A stretch of 64,000 bases of DNA, taken from assembly GCA_037128595.1 (NCBI GenBank), contig JBAXWB010000011.1:17714-81713 (forward strand). The letters are read 5' to 3'. The position numbers were made by a program, and so were the translations under genes. Source of the stretch: a bacterium (GTDB taxonomy: Bacteria > Verrucomicrobiota > Kiritimatiellia > CAIKKV01 > CAITUY01). This document shows positions 29,469 through 38,862 of this stretch, piece by piece (position 1 is the stretch's first letter; every line of letters starts with the position of its first letter). Below the pieces are notes generated by a model. It ran no database searches and was not told the origin of the DNA. It saw only the letters and a program-made list of their open reading frames with translations.

Positions 29469-30165
29469 CGATTTCCTTTCGTTTACGGGGGCCGAACAGC
29501 AGGCTGCCCACCCGGATCCAGGTCGCCCCTTCCTCAATCGCCACTTCGAAATCCTGCGACATCCCCATGGAAAGCTCGGGCATCATCACGCCAGACTCCC
29601 CCTGCATCCGGTCCCTGAGCTCCCGCAGCGCCCGGAAAAACGGACGCGCTTCCTGCGGATCTTCGGCGGCGGGAGGAATGGTCATCAGCCCGACGACCTT
29701 CACCCGGAACAACCGGTTGGCGGCCTCCAGAGCCCCAGCCACGTGCTCCGGCGCCATGCCGAATTTGCTGCGCTCCCCCGACACGTTGACCTCAAGACAG
29801 ACCGGCAGTGAACGCCCCTCCTCCCCGGCCACCCGGTCGAGCGTCTCCAGCATACGAACCGAATCCACGGAATGGATCATCTCGAACAGGCGGGCCGCCT
29901 CCCTCGCCTTATTCGATTGCAAATGACCGATTAAATGCCAGTGCAGGCGACCGGGGCACAAGGAAATCTTGCCGTGAGCCTCCTGGACCCGGTTCTCACC
30001 AAACGTCTCCACCCCCAGCGCCGCCACCGCCGCGATATCATCGGGGTGCTGCGTCTTCGACACCGCCATCAATTGCACCGAAGCCGGATCCCGCCCTGCC
30101 CTGCCGCAAGCCGCCTGCATCCGCCTCACAATATCGTCATACCGGTTTTTCAGTTCCGAACTCAT
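29449..30165 (-). CDS. yggS: YggS-family pyridoxal-phosphate homeostasis protein (alanine racemase N-terminal fold)
   Basis: MAVSKTQHPDDI...HLIGHLQSNK and the other YggS/PLPHP signatures are present. Confidence 0.88.
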   Translation of the reverse strand: MSSELKNRYDDIVRRMQAACGRAGRDPASVQLMAVSKTQHPDDIAAVAALGVETFGENRVQEAHGKISLCPGRLHWHLIGHLQSNKAREAARLFEMIHSVDSVRMLETLDRVAGEEGRSLPVCLEVNVSGERSKFGMAPEHVAGALEAANRLFRVKVVGLMTIPPAAEDPQEARPFFRALRELRDRMQGESGVMMPELSMGMSQDFEVAIEEGATWIRVGSLLFGPRKRKEIDESGND

Positions 30166-30276
30166 AGGGGGGTTATCCTTACTATTTTCAGCCGCTCATC
30201 ACAAGGTGATTCAGAGGCCGGAACGACTCGGAATTCAAACGCCATGCCCCCTCATCCAGGGGTTTCCCGGAAATGT

Positions 30277-32232
30277 TCATTTTGCCAGCTGGCGGACCTT
30301 GTCCCGATAGTCACACACGGCCGTAACATAGGCCGCGTGGCTCCAGGTCAGGGGTGAGACCGACAGCGGGGTCCCCGTCCGGGGATCAAGCTGTTCCGCA
30401 AGAACCCCGCTGGGTAGCGCATGGGCCGCCGTCCATTCAAGCAAGCTCAACGCCGGCGCCAGATCAGCCGTACCCTTTGCCCGGGCAATAAGGTACTGGG
30501 CGTACCAGAGGGTGGTGACAAACCATGGATTCCCTGGAAAATGAGGTTGAGTCCGGTAGTAAGGATCATGCTCATAGCGCGCCAATCCTCCCACCGGTGT
30601 TCCGCACCACAATTTCTGATGGAGGGAATTGAGGGTGCTGGCGACAACAGGATCGTCTGCCGGAAGCATGCCGTACGCAAATATCCCGCAAATACTGGCG
30701 TCCATAATCCGGTCCATTTCAGGAGGCCCACCCGGCGGGAACACCATGCCACGGGCAAAACAGCGGGATTCCGGCAGAACCAGATGGCGCAAGGCCGCCT
30801 CACGCATGAGTTCGGCGCCCTTCTTATAATCCCGGGCCAGCTCATGTTCACCGAAGGACGCCACAAACTGCGCCGCCGCCATCAACCCACCATATACGGC
30901 CGACACCGTGAACGTCTGCACCGACTGTCGCTCCTCCCACAGGTCATAACTGGCCAGCGGCAGTCCCGTGGATACGTCGCGGTAGTTCATCAGGAAATTG
31001 GCCCCGTTCTTGATCAATGGCCGGTACAACGGGGTGATGAATTCAATATCCCGGCAGCGGCGATAATGCTCCCAAAGTGCCCAGATCACCAAGGCAGTCT
31101 CATCCTCCTGGATCGGCAGTTGCCCGCGGCTGTTTTTGACCCAGGGATGCCAGCTGCTGGCGGGCATGCCGGACGGGGTGTACTTATGCAGGAAATACCC
31201 CTCAGGTTCGACCACCGAGGCGCAAAACTGAAAAAAGGCCCTGCTGGTCTCGGGATAACCGGCCCGATCCATCGCATGGGCCACTATGGCCCCGTCACGG
31301 GGCCATACATAGCTGTAGGTATCCCGATTATATTGGACGTTATCGGAATCATTCGCCGCCAGAATCGCCCCGTTCCGGTCGGTCTGGGTCCGGATAATCA
31401 GGAGACTCCGGCGATACAGGCGCATGACGGCTTCAGGTAACCCCACCCCATCGTCCGGCTCTTTGCGCACCCACAAACGCCAGTAGTCGTGAGTTCTCCG
31501 GAACAGCCGGACGGGGCCACGCTTAAGCACCATCCGGTTCAGGTCACGGACCTCACTCAAGTCGGTCCCCATCGCAATCCACACCCACGCCGTCTCTGTC
31601 GCCCCTGGCTCCACCGTCAGATGCAGCGCGACCACTGAATCCACGGAGCCCTGGGCAATGGCATTGCCGCTCAACTCACCATCTTCCGCATCTTTCCAGG
31701 TCCCCTCAAACTCATTCCGCCGCTTGTTGCCGGTGGCGACCTGATCAAAGCCATGCCGCCCGCATAGCAGGGCGTTCACCATGAAATAGCGGTCATTTTT
31801 ATAATGAAGCAGGCCTTCAAGCTCCGGACGAAGGGCCGCCGTATCGCCGATGTCGTTGCCCGCGATGCTGAAATCAAATCCCAGAAAAAGCCTTAGATGG
31901 CGGACGGTGGCCCCGGAATTAATGAGGGTGATCCGCCGGAGGAAAAGAGGATCATGAAAATCCACCAGATCATTGAAGGTGAGGCTGAGCCCGCGGGCGG
32001 TACTCGACCAGGTCAGTTCGGTAACCAGCGTATCAGGCAGGTAGTCAAGACGACGCTCCCAGCCAGCGGGCAACCATTCAAAAACCCCATCCTCCCAAAG
32101 ACCGACCCGGAAGCAAGCCCCGTTCACGTGATTCTCCTGCCCGATGTGGGGGTAATAGAGATCACGAACCAGCCCCTCCTGATCGTACGCCACCAGAATC
32201 TGTCCATTTGCTACGGGGATATCGCGTGCCAT
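30277..32232 (-). CDS. glycoside hydrolase family 15 protein (glucoamylase / trehalase-like (alpha/alpha)6 barrel)
   Basis: N-terminal beta-sandwich plus C-terminal GH15 catalytic barrel pattern. Roughly 650 aa, which is typical of bacterial GH15 trehalase/glucodextranase. Confidence 0.7.
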   Translation of the reverse strand: MARDIPVANGQILVAYDQEGLVRDLYYPHIGQENHVNGACFRVGLWEDGVFEWLPAGWERRLDYLPDTLVTELTWSSTARGLSLTFNDLVDFHDPLFLRRITLINSGATVRHLRLFLGFDFSIAGNDIGDTAALRPELEGLLHYKNDRYFMVNALLCGRHGFDQVATGNKRRNEFEGTWKDAEDGELSGNAIAQGSVDSVVALHLTVEPGATETAWVWIAMGTDLSEVRDLNRMVLKRGPVRLFRRTHDYWRLWVRKEPDDGVGLPEAVMRLYRRSLLIIRTQTDRNGAILAANDSDNVQYNRDTYSYVWPRDGAIVAHAMDRAGYPETSRAFFQFCASVVEPEGYFLHKYTPSGMPASSWHPWVKNSRGQLPIQEDETALVIWALWEHYRRCRDIEFITPLYRPLIKNGANFLMNYRDVSTGLPLASYDLWEERQSVQTFTVSAVYGGLMAAAQFVASFGEHELARDYKKGAELMREAALRHLVLPESRCFARGMVFPPGGPPEMDRIMDASICGIFAYGMLPADDPVVASTLNSLHQKLWCGTPVGGLARYEHDPYYRTQPHFPGNPWFVTTLWYAQYLIARAKGTADLAPALSLLEWTAAHALPSGVLAEQLDPRTGTPLSVSPLTWSHAAYVTAVCDYRDKVRQLAK

Positions 32233-32241
32233 GGCGCCTCC

Positions 32242-32874
32242 TTACCTGCTAATCCATTCTGCCGCCTCACGTGCCTTGCCCCGGGCGGCCTCAATGGTGT
32301 CTTCGACGGCCTTTGCGGAAACCCCATCCAGCGGCTCGACTTTAACGAACCGAACGTCTGTGATTCCCACAAATCCGAAAACGGCCCTCAGATGGGGTTC
32401 CACATGATCAAACAGGAGATCGGCGGGCGAGGTATACTCCCCGCCGCGGGAGGAGATCACCACCATACGCCGTCCCGTGAGAAGTCCCTCCGGGCGGCCC
32501 TTCACATAACGGAATAAGTACCGGGGCTGGATCAGGATGTCGATGTATTGCTTCAAGATGTATGGCACACCGAAATTCCACATGGGAGTACTGATCAGGT
32601 AAGCTTCAGCCGCCTTGAACCGCTCGATCTGGTGCTCGATCTCTTCCCATGTTTCACGCAACTCCCCATAGAGCTCCCGGCCGCCCAGAAGCACATATTT
32701 TCCATCCACCTGACGGGCAGTAAGGGGCGGAAGCGGTTCGTGGAACAAGTTGATCTCGTCGACCAGCCAGTCGGGATGGATCTCCCGGAACTGCCGGAGA
32801 AAAGCGGTGGCGACCTGAAGGGTTCTGGACGTCTCGCCACGTGGACTCGCGATCACATGCAGAAGCTTTTTCAT
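32242..32874 (-). CDS. azoR: FMN-dependent NADH-azoreductase (flavodoxin-like fold, AzoR/ACPD family)
   Basis: MKKLLHVIASPRGETSRT...LISTPMWNFGVPYILKQYID is typical AzoR. Confidence 0.82.
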   Translation of the reverse strand: MKKLLHVIASPRGETSRTLQVATAFLRQFREIHPDWLVDEINLFHEPLPPLTARQVDGKYVLLGGRELYGELRETWEEIEHQIERFKAAEAYLISTPMWNFGVPYILKQYIDILIQPRYLFRYVKGRPEGLLTGRRMVVISSRGGEYTSPADLLFDHVEPHLRAVFGFVGITDVRFVKVEPLDGVSAKAVEDTIEAARGKAREAAEWISR

Positions 32875-32958
32875 ACACCTCCCTTTCTGGGTGGCAGTTT
32901 ACTCCCGCGCCCTTCTTCATCCAAGAGGTTTTTGCCCCACACGTAACTGACATTCTCC

Positions 32959-32987
32959 TTGAGAAGGGAGCGAATGGAGGGTATATT
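32959..32987 (+). promoter_or_regulatory. sigma-70-type promoter candidate for rpoN (TTGAGA-N17-TATATT)
   Basis: The -35 and -10 hexamers have a 17-nt spacer and lie about 25 nt upstream of the rpoN ATG. Confidence 0.3.
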
Positions 32988-33011
32988 CGCGCCTGACACA
33001 GAGAGCATAAA

Positions 33012-34445
33012 ATGGCGGAACAAGGTTTACATTTAAGTCAGGAAATGCGCCTGCATATGGTGCTGGCGCCCCAATTGCGCCAATCCCTTGAGATGCTCCA
33101 GGCGCCCGTACTTGAGCTACGTGCCATGATCCAGGCCGAGCTGAACAGTAACCCCACGCTCGAGGAATTGCCCGCCGATGCCCCCCAAATCGAAGTGGAG
33201 AAAATCAATACGGAGCTGGAAGACCATAAGTCCATGGATTTCCGGAAAGAGTTCGAAATCCTGACGCGGCTGGACGATGAGTGGAAAGATTACTTTTTCC
33301 AGGAGCGGGAACGGAATTCCTATTCCGCCCACAGCGAGGAAAAGCGCGATTACCTCTACGAGTCCATCACCCAGACCCAGTCGCTTCAGGAGCACCTGCT
33401 CCATCAGCTGGCCCTGGCCGAATTCGGCGAGACCGACCGGGCCCTGGGGGAACTCATTATCGGCAGTATCAGTGATGATGGCTATCTCGCCTCATCCATT
33501 GAGGAACTGGCCGCCACGTGTAACGCCGATTTAGGCCACATGCAGGATATCCTCGCCATCATCCAGGACTTTGACCCGCTGGGCGTCGGCTCCCGCGACC
33601 TGCGTGAATGCCTGCTGTTCCAGTTGGAACGTCTAGGCAAGGCGGAAAGCACGGCCGGACGAATCGTCTCCGGCCATCTGGAACGGCTCGCCTCGCATAA
33701 ATTGCAGGAGATTGCCAAGGCGCTGAAGCTCCCGATCGAAGAGATTCAGGCAGCCGCCAATTTCATTGCCACCCTGGAACCCAAGCCCGGCCGCGCCTAT
33801 GGCTCTGAGTCTTCCCCCTACGTCACGCCGGAAGTGGTGGTTCAAAAGGTGGAAGGCGTTTATGTCGTCCTGATGAATGACGATGACCTCCCCCGGTTGC
33901 GGATCAGCAAGCATTACCGTTCACTGATGAATAACGAAGGCACGGGCGCCGAGGTGCGGGACTACATCCAGGACCGCGTCCGGTCCAGCGCGTTTCTCAT
34001 CAAAAGCATCCACCAGCGCCAGCAGACGATCTTCAAGATCGCGACCGAAATCGTGAAGGTGCAGCAGGACTTTTTTGATCAGGGCATCGCCCATCTCAAA
34101 CCCCTGACCATGTCCGAGGTGGCCACGGTGGTCGGTCTGCACGAGACCACGGTCAGCCGCGCCGTGGCGGGCAAACATATCCAGACCCCGCAGGGGATTT
34201 TCGAGATGAAGTATTTCTTTACGCCCGGCCTCAAAACCGATGCCGGCGGCGTCGTCTCCAATAAGACGGTCAAGGACAGCCTGGCCTCACTCGTCGCCTC
34301 GGAAGACCCGGAACACCCCCTGTCCGACCAGGAACTCCTTGAAATCCTGAATGAGCGGGGTATCCAGATCGCGCGCCGCACTGTCGCGAAATACCGGATT
34401 GCCTTGAAAATCGCCCCGTCGCATATGCGGAAGAAATACGGATAA
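33012..34445 (+). CDS. rpoN: RNA polymerase sigma-54 factor
   Basis: N-terminal activator-interacting region (LSQEMRLHMVLAPQLRQSLEMLQ), core-binding domain and C-terminal RpoN box (ARRTVAKYR). Confidence 0.95.
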   Translation: MAEQGLHLSQEMRLHMVLAPQLRQSLEMLQAPVLELRAMIQAELNSNPTLEELPADAPQIEVEKINTELEDHKSMDFRKEFEILTRLDDEWKDYFFQERERNSYSAHSEEKRDYLYESITQTQSLQEHLLHQLALAEFGETDRALGELIIGSISDDGYLASSIEELAATCNADLGHMQDILAIIQDFDPLGVGSRDLRECLLFQLERLGKAESTAGRIVSGHLERLASHKLQEIAKALKLPIEEIQAAANFIATLEPKPGRAYGSESSPYVTPEVVVQKVEGVYVVLMNDDDLPRLRISKHYRSLMNNEGTGAEVRDYIQDRVRSSAFLIKSIHQRQQTIFKIATEIVKVQQDFFDQGIAHLKPLTMSEVATVVGLHETTVSRAVAGKHIQTPQGIFEMKYFFTPGLKTDAGGVVSNKTVKDSLASLVASEDPEHPLSDQELLEILNERGIQIARRTVAKYRIALKIAPSHMRKKYG

Positions 34446-34448
34446 ATC

Positions 34449-35675
34449 ATGTGGGCGCGCCTATCGCTGGCGGTACTGGTATGGGGATTCCCGCTGATGG
34501 CCAAGGCGGTTCTGTTCGATGCCACGGGCGATCCCGGTTACAACACCAATGCACCTGCCGGCCCGCTGGAGGGAAGCGGCTGGCAGTTCGAGGGGCAGTT
34601 CGGCGGCTTTCTGGGCACCGCGGTCGACCCGCATTTCTTCCTGACCGCCAAGCACATTAATGGCGACACTAACACCCCGTTTGTTTTTGAAGGGTCCAAC
34701 TACTACCCGATCGCTTCGTTCGTAGATCCCAATCCGGACGTTGACCTCCGTCTCTGGCAGGTCGCAGACCGGCTTCCCCGTTATGCCCCCTGCTATACCG
34801 GGTCAAATGAAGTTGGGAGGGCCCTGATGGTGATTGGGCGGGGCACCCAACGCGGCAGTGAGATCATCACCGAGGGGGTGACCAATGGGTGGCACTGGGG
34901 CCCAGTCGACAGCGTCATGCGGTGGGGAGTGAATCAGGTCGACGCCATCCGGCTTGCCGGCGACGCTCCCTATTTATACGCCACCTTCACTCATGGGGCC
35001 GGTTCCAATGAATGCCACCTGTCAAGCGGTGACTCCGGCGGCGCCGCCTTCATTCAGGAAAATGGCGTCTGGCAATTAGCCGGCATCCATTACTCCGTGG
35101 ATGGCTCGTTCAACACCACCAACATCAGTGACGGAAAGTTCGACGCCAGTCTCTATGATGAGTACGGGCTCTACGTCGAAGACGGGGCTCAGTGGACAGC
35201 GGTTACCAATCATGTCGCCAGCGGATTCTACTCATCACAGGTCTCGGCTCACTATGCCTGGATGGCCAGCGTCATACCCGACTTCGACAGCGACGCCGAC
35301 GGACTTCCTGACTGGTGGGAACAACGGTATACCGGCCAGATCCATGGATTATCTGCCACCAACGATAACGACAACGATGGTCTCAGCAACTACCAGGAAT
35401 GGGTGGCCCGTACCGATCCCACCAATGCCGCCTCGGTGTTTCGTGTTGATGCCTTGCAGTGGTCAAACGGCGTAGCGGTACTGACCTTTCAAGGCTGGTC
35501 AAACCGCCTGTATGGCGTCGAGGCCCGTGAAATTCCGCTCAACACGACTGATATCTGGACCAACATGACCCCCTCCCCATTTGCAGGCGCCGAGGGGCCC
35601 ACCTCATGGAGCGACCCCCATTCCCCCACTTCCCTCACAGGCCGATGCTACAGGTTATGGGTGATTGGGTATTAG
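34449..35675 (+). CDS. secreted trypsin-like (S1 family) serine peptidase with C-terminal Ca-binding-like D-x-D-x-D-G repeats and a beta-rich C-terminal domain
   Basis: Signal peptide. Triad motifs are LTAKHI (His), DVDLRLW (Asp) and GDSGGAAF (Ser). DSDADGLPDWWE and DNDNDGLSNYQEW resemble TSP3/dockerin-type repeats. Start lies 3 nt after the rpoN stop. Confidence 0.7.
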   Translation: MWARLSLAVLVWGFPLMAKAVLFDATGDPGYNTNAPAGPLEGSGWQFEGQFGGFLGTAVDPHFFLTAKHINGDTNTPFVFEGSNYYPIASFVDPNPDVDLRLWQVADRLPRYAPCYTGSNEVGRALMVIGRGTQRGSEIITEGVTNGWHWGPVDSVMRWGVNQVDAIRLAGDAPYLYATFTHGAGSNECHLSSGDSGGAAFIQENGVWQLAGIHYSVDGSFNTTNISDGKFDASLYDEYGLYVEDGAQWTAVTNHVASGFYSSQVSAHYAWMASVIPDFDSDADGLPDWWEQRYTGQIHGLSATNDNDNDGLSNYQEWVARTDPTNAASVFRVDALQWSNGVAVLTFQGWSNRLYGVEAREIPLNTTDIWTNMTPSPFAGAEGPTSWSDPHSPTSLTGRCYRLWVIGY

Positions 35676-35684
35676 GGATGGGGA

Positions 35685-36695
35685 TTATGAACCCTGCGTC
35701 TTGCGGATCAACCCTTCAAGCACATGCCAGGCCGCCCCGCTGTCAATCGTCTTCTGAGCCAAGCGGAAGCCCTCTGCGAAGTCCCGAGCTTTCCCGCCGG
35801 CGATCAGCCCGGCCGCGGCATTCAGGCAGACAATATCCCGCCGGGGGCCCTTCTCACCCTTCAGAATCGCACTCGTGATCACCGCATTCTGTTTAGGATC
35901 CCCGCCGGCCAGGGTTGAAAGATCGGCATAGTCCTCCATCACCGTCAGGGGGTCGAAATTATAGGTCCGGACAGCCCCATCGCGTAGCTCACTGATCCGG
36001 GTCGTACCGGTCACCGTGATTTCATCCATCCCATCCTGCCCATGCACCACAAACACACGCTGACTTCCGAGATGTTTTAGGACTTCGGCAAACATCTCGG
36101 TCAATTGCGGCGCGAACACCCCCAGCACCTGACAACGAGCACCCGCTGGATTGGCCAGCGGCCCCAACAGGTTGAAAATCGTCCTGAAGCCCAGCTCCCT
36201 GCGCGGACCCATGGCATGCTTCATGGCTGGATGCAGTTTCGGCGCAAACAGGAATCCGATCCCCACCTCATGGATACATTCCTCCATGACATCGGGCGAT
36301 ACCTCCAGATTCACGCCCAACTCCGCCAACACATCCGCCGAACCGCATTTGCTGGTGATGGAGCGGTTCCCGTGCTTGGCCACGGGCACCCCGGCCCCGG
36401 CGACCACAAAGGCGGCGGTGGTTGAAATATTGAAGGTGCCCAAAGCGTCTCCGCCCGTCCCGCAGGTATCCACCACCGTCTTGCCGCGGGGATCAATAAA
36501 GACCGCATGCCGTCGCATGGAGGCGCAGGCCCCCGTCAATTCCTCAATGGTTTCGCCCTTGATCCGCAAAGCAGTGAGAAAGGCTCCCAATTGGGCCGGG
36601 GTCGCGTCCCCATCCATGATCCGGTCAAAGGCCGCCACCGTTTCCGGGGTGCTCAGGTTCTGGCCTGCGATCAACTTCTGCAGGACCTCTTTCAC
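35685..36695 (-). CDS. trpD: anthranilate phosphoribosyltransferase
   Basis: GAFLTALRIKGET...VDTCGTGGD signature. Confidence 0.93.
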   Translation of the reverse strand: MKEVLQKLIAGQNLSTPETVAAFDRIMDGDATPAQLGAFLTALRIKGETIEELTGACASMRRHAVFIDPRGKTVVDTCGTGGDALGTFNISTTAAFVVAGAGVPVAKHGNRSITSKCGSADVLAELGVNLEVSPDVMEECIHEVGIGFLFAPKLHPAMKHAMGPRRELGFRTIFNLLGPLANPAGARCQVLGVFAPQLTEMFAEVLKHLGSQRVFVVHGQDGMDEITVTGTTRISELRDGAVRTYNFDPLTVMEDYADLSTLAGGDPKQNAVITSAILKGEKGPRRDIVCLNAAAGLIAGGKARDFAEGFRLAQKTIDSGAAWHVLEGLIRKTQGS

Positions 36696-37279
36696 GACAC
36701 GGCTTTCTTTTCGGCCACAATATCCAGAAAATTCCGCAACAACCGTTTCCCGGTCGGCGTCAAAACGGACTCAGGATGGAACTGGACCCCGTAGGTCGGG
36801 TGCGTCACATGCTGCATCCCCATGATCTCATCGTCCTCACTGAAGGCATTGGCAATCAGTTCAGGCGGCAGCGTCTCTTTCAGAACCGCCAGCGAGTGGT
36901 ACCGCCCCGCCTGAAAGGGGTTGCTCATCCCTTTGAACAGACCCTGTCCATCGTGACGCACTTGCGATACCTTGCCGTGCATAATGCGCTTGGCATTGGA
37001 AACGGTCGCCCCGAAGGCGACCCCCAGCGACTGGTGGCCCAGGCAGACCCCCAGGACCGGGATCCGTCCACTCATCCGCTTGATCAACTCCACGGAAATT
37101 CCGGCCTCTTTGGGCGTACAGGGTCCGGGCGAGACGACCACGGCCTCCGGCTTCAGCGCTTCCACGGCATCCACCGTGATGGCATCGTTCCGGAACACCC
37201 GGATATCCGCACCAATGGCCGCCATCATCTGGACCAGGTTGTAGGTAAAGGAATCGTAATTATCGATTAATATAATCAT
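36692..37279 (-). CDS. trpG: anthranilate synthase component II / glutamine amidotransferase
   Basis: MIILIDNYDSFTYNL and the class I GATase triad region. 4-nt overlaps on both sides. Confidence 0.9.
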   Translation of the reverse strand: MIILIDNYDSFTYNLVQMMAAIGADIRVFRNDAITVDAVEALKPEAVVVSPGPCTPKEAGISVELIKRMSGRIPVLGVCLGHQSLGVAFGATVSNAKRIMHGKVSQVRHDGQGLFKGMSNPFQAGRYHSLAVLKETLPPELIANAFSEDDEIMGMQHVTHPTYGVQFHPESVLTPTGKRLLRNFLDIVAEKKAVS

Positions 37280-38730
37280 ACCACCTCTCCCTCCAGCTCA
37301 AGCGCCCGGGCCGCCAGTTGCACGGCCTTCTGCATGCCCCGCGCCTTGTGGCAGGTTTCCTGATATTCCTTCACCGGGTCAGAATCATGGACAATGCCGG
37401 CACCCGACTGAATCGCGACGGTCCCTCCCTCCAGCTCCAAGGTCCGGATGGTGATCGCCAGGTCCATATTGCCATCATACCCCACATACCCCACGGCCCC
37501 ACCATACGCCCCGCGCGGCCCGGGCTCCAACTCATGGATGATCTCCATGGCGCGGATCTTCGGGGCACCGGACAGGGTCCCCGCCGGGAACGTGGCTCGA
37601 ATCACATCGTAGGCGTCGAATTCCTTCCGCAATACTCCCTGGACGTGCGACACCAGATGCATCACATGGCTGTAACGCTCGATGACCATATAATCCGTCA
37701 CCTGCACGCTGCCCATCTCCGAAAGCCGGCCGATATCATTACGCCCGAGATCCACCAGCATGACATGTTCCGCCCGTTCTTTCTCGTCCGAGAGCAATTC
37801 ATCCGCCAGGGCCCGATCCTCGGCATCGTCCTTCCCGCGGGGACGCGTTCCGGCAATGGGTCGCAACTCCACGCGACTGCCGGTCAGGCGTACCATGACT
37901 TCAGGAGATGACCCCACCAGGGTCTGGCTTCCCAGTTTCAGGAAAAACGTATAGGGCGAAGGATTCAACAGCCGCAGAGCGCGATACAGATCCAGGGGCG
38001 GCAGGTCGACCGTGGCGCAGAACCGCTGGCTTAGGACGACCTGAATGATGTCGCCGGCCGTGATATACTCCTTTGCCCGCTTGACCATCCCGCAAAACTG
38101 ATCCTGCGTCAGGTTCGATTCAAAGGCCACTTCGCCCGCACTCCGCCGGCTCACCGGCCGTGCCATCGGCTGGTTCAGGGTATGTTCAATCCCTTCAATT
38201 TCCGAAACGGCACGCCGATAGGCCGCCTCCGGCGTAGGAGATTCGGACGGTCGGGTGCAGACAACGATCTTGATCGTGTGGCGGATATTATCGAATACAA
38301 TCATCCGGTCCGCCTGAACGAACCGGCTGCGCAGCCGCATTCCCGGCCGGCCTTCCTTGGGCGCGGGCATGCGTTCAAACTCCCCCATCGCCTCGTAGCC
38401 GATGAATCCCACGGCCCCCCCGATAAAGCGGGGAAGCCCCGGAACCGCCGCCACCCGGACCCCCTTGAAGATCCGCCGGATCTCCTCCAGCCCTTTTCCC
38501 GGTTGCCGGTGGTCCACTTCCAGGAACGGACGCGGATCAATCCCGACAAAGGAATACCGTCCCCATTTTTCGCCGCCCTCCATACTTTCCAGGAGAAAGA
38601 CGTTCTCCCGGTTCATGAAACGCTGCAGCACGGAGACCGGAGTCTCCGTGTCAGCGAGGACTTCCTTGTACACCGGCACGATGTCATAGGCCCGCGCCAG
38701 TCCGGCATAATCTTTTTCATTGGGATACAT
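37276..38730 (-). CDS. trpE: anthranilate synthase component I
   Basis: Chorismate-binding enzyme signatures are present. Start is chosen at MYPNEKDYAGLA. The ORF-track start is 34 codons longer and would run into the leader repeats. Confidence 0.9.
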   Translation of the reverse strand: MYPNEKDYAGLARAYDIVPVYKEVLADTETPVSVLQRFMNRENVFLLESMEGGEKWGRYSFVGIDPRPFLEVDHRQPGKGLEEIRRIFKGVRVAAVPGLPRFIGGAVGFIGYEAMGEFERMPAPKEGRPGMRLRSRFVQADRMIVFDNIRHTIKIVVCTRPSESPTPEAAYRRAVSEIEGIEHTLNQPMARPVSRRSAGEVAFESNLTQDQFCGMVKRAKEYITAGDIIQVVLSQRFCATVDLPPLDLYRALRLLNPSPYTFFLKLGSQTLVGSSPEVMVRLTGSRVELRPIAGTRPRGKDDAEDRALADELLSDEKERAEHVMLVDLGRNDIGRLSEMGSVQVTDYMVIERYSHVMHLVSHVQGVLRKEFDAYDVIRATFPAGTLSGAPKIRAMEIIHELEPGPRGAYGGAVGYVGYDGNMDLAITIRTLELEGGTVAIQSGAGIVHDSDPVKEYQETCHKARGMQKAVQLAARALELEGEVV

Positions 38731-38733
38731 AAT

Positions 38734-38751
38734 GTTTCTATGTATAGAAAC
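38734..38751. promoter_or_regulatory. 18-bp perfect palindrome GTTTCTATgtATAGAAAC lying between -4 and -21 of the trpE start codon (candidate operator / RBS-sequestering hairpin)
   Basis: Seen directly: 8-bp arms with a 2-nt centre, covering the position where the trpE SD should be. Confidence 0.5.
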
Positions 38752-38824
38752 AACCGCGAGGAAAGTCAAAGAAAAAATCAGCACCCCCTGCCCACCCTGG
38801 CCTCCATAGCCTTGGCGACGGAGG

Positions 38825-38860
38825 CTGCTCACTGCCTACTGCCCACTGCCCACTGGCTTC
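38825..38860 (-). repeat. tandem heptad repeat array (CAGTGGG-CAGTGGG-CAGTAGG-CAGTGAG-CAG) in the trp leader; same family as 62186-62267
   Basis: Direct reading of the minus strand. It shares the flanking GAAGC (plus cactggcttc) with the second locus. Confidence 0.7.
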
Positions 38861-38862
38861 CC

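Noticed and set aside
38731-38862. T-box riboswitch in the trp leader (the leader contains AGGGTGG)
   Set aside because: The rest of the T-box core (NACCGCG), a specifier-loop architecture and a terminator/antiterminator pair are not present. The AGGGTGG arises from the heptad repeat.
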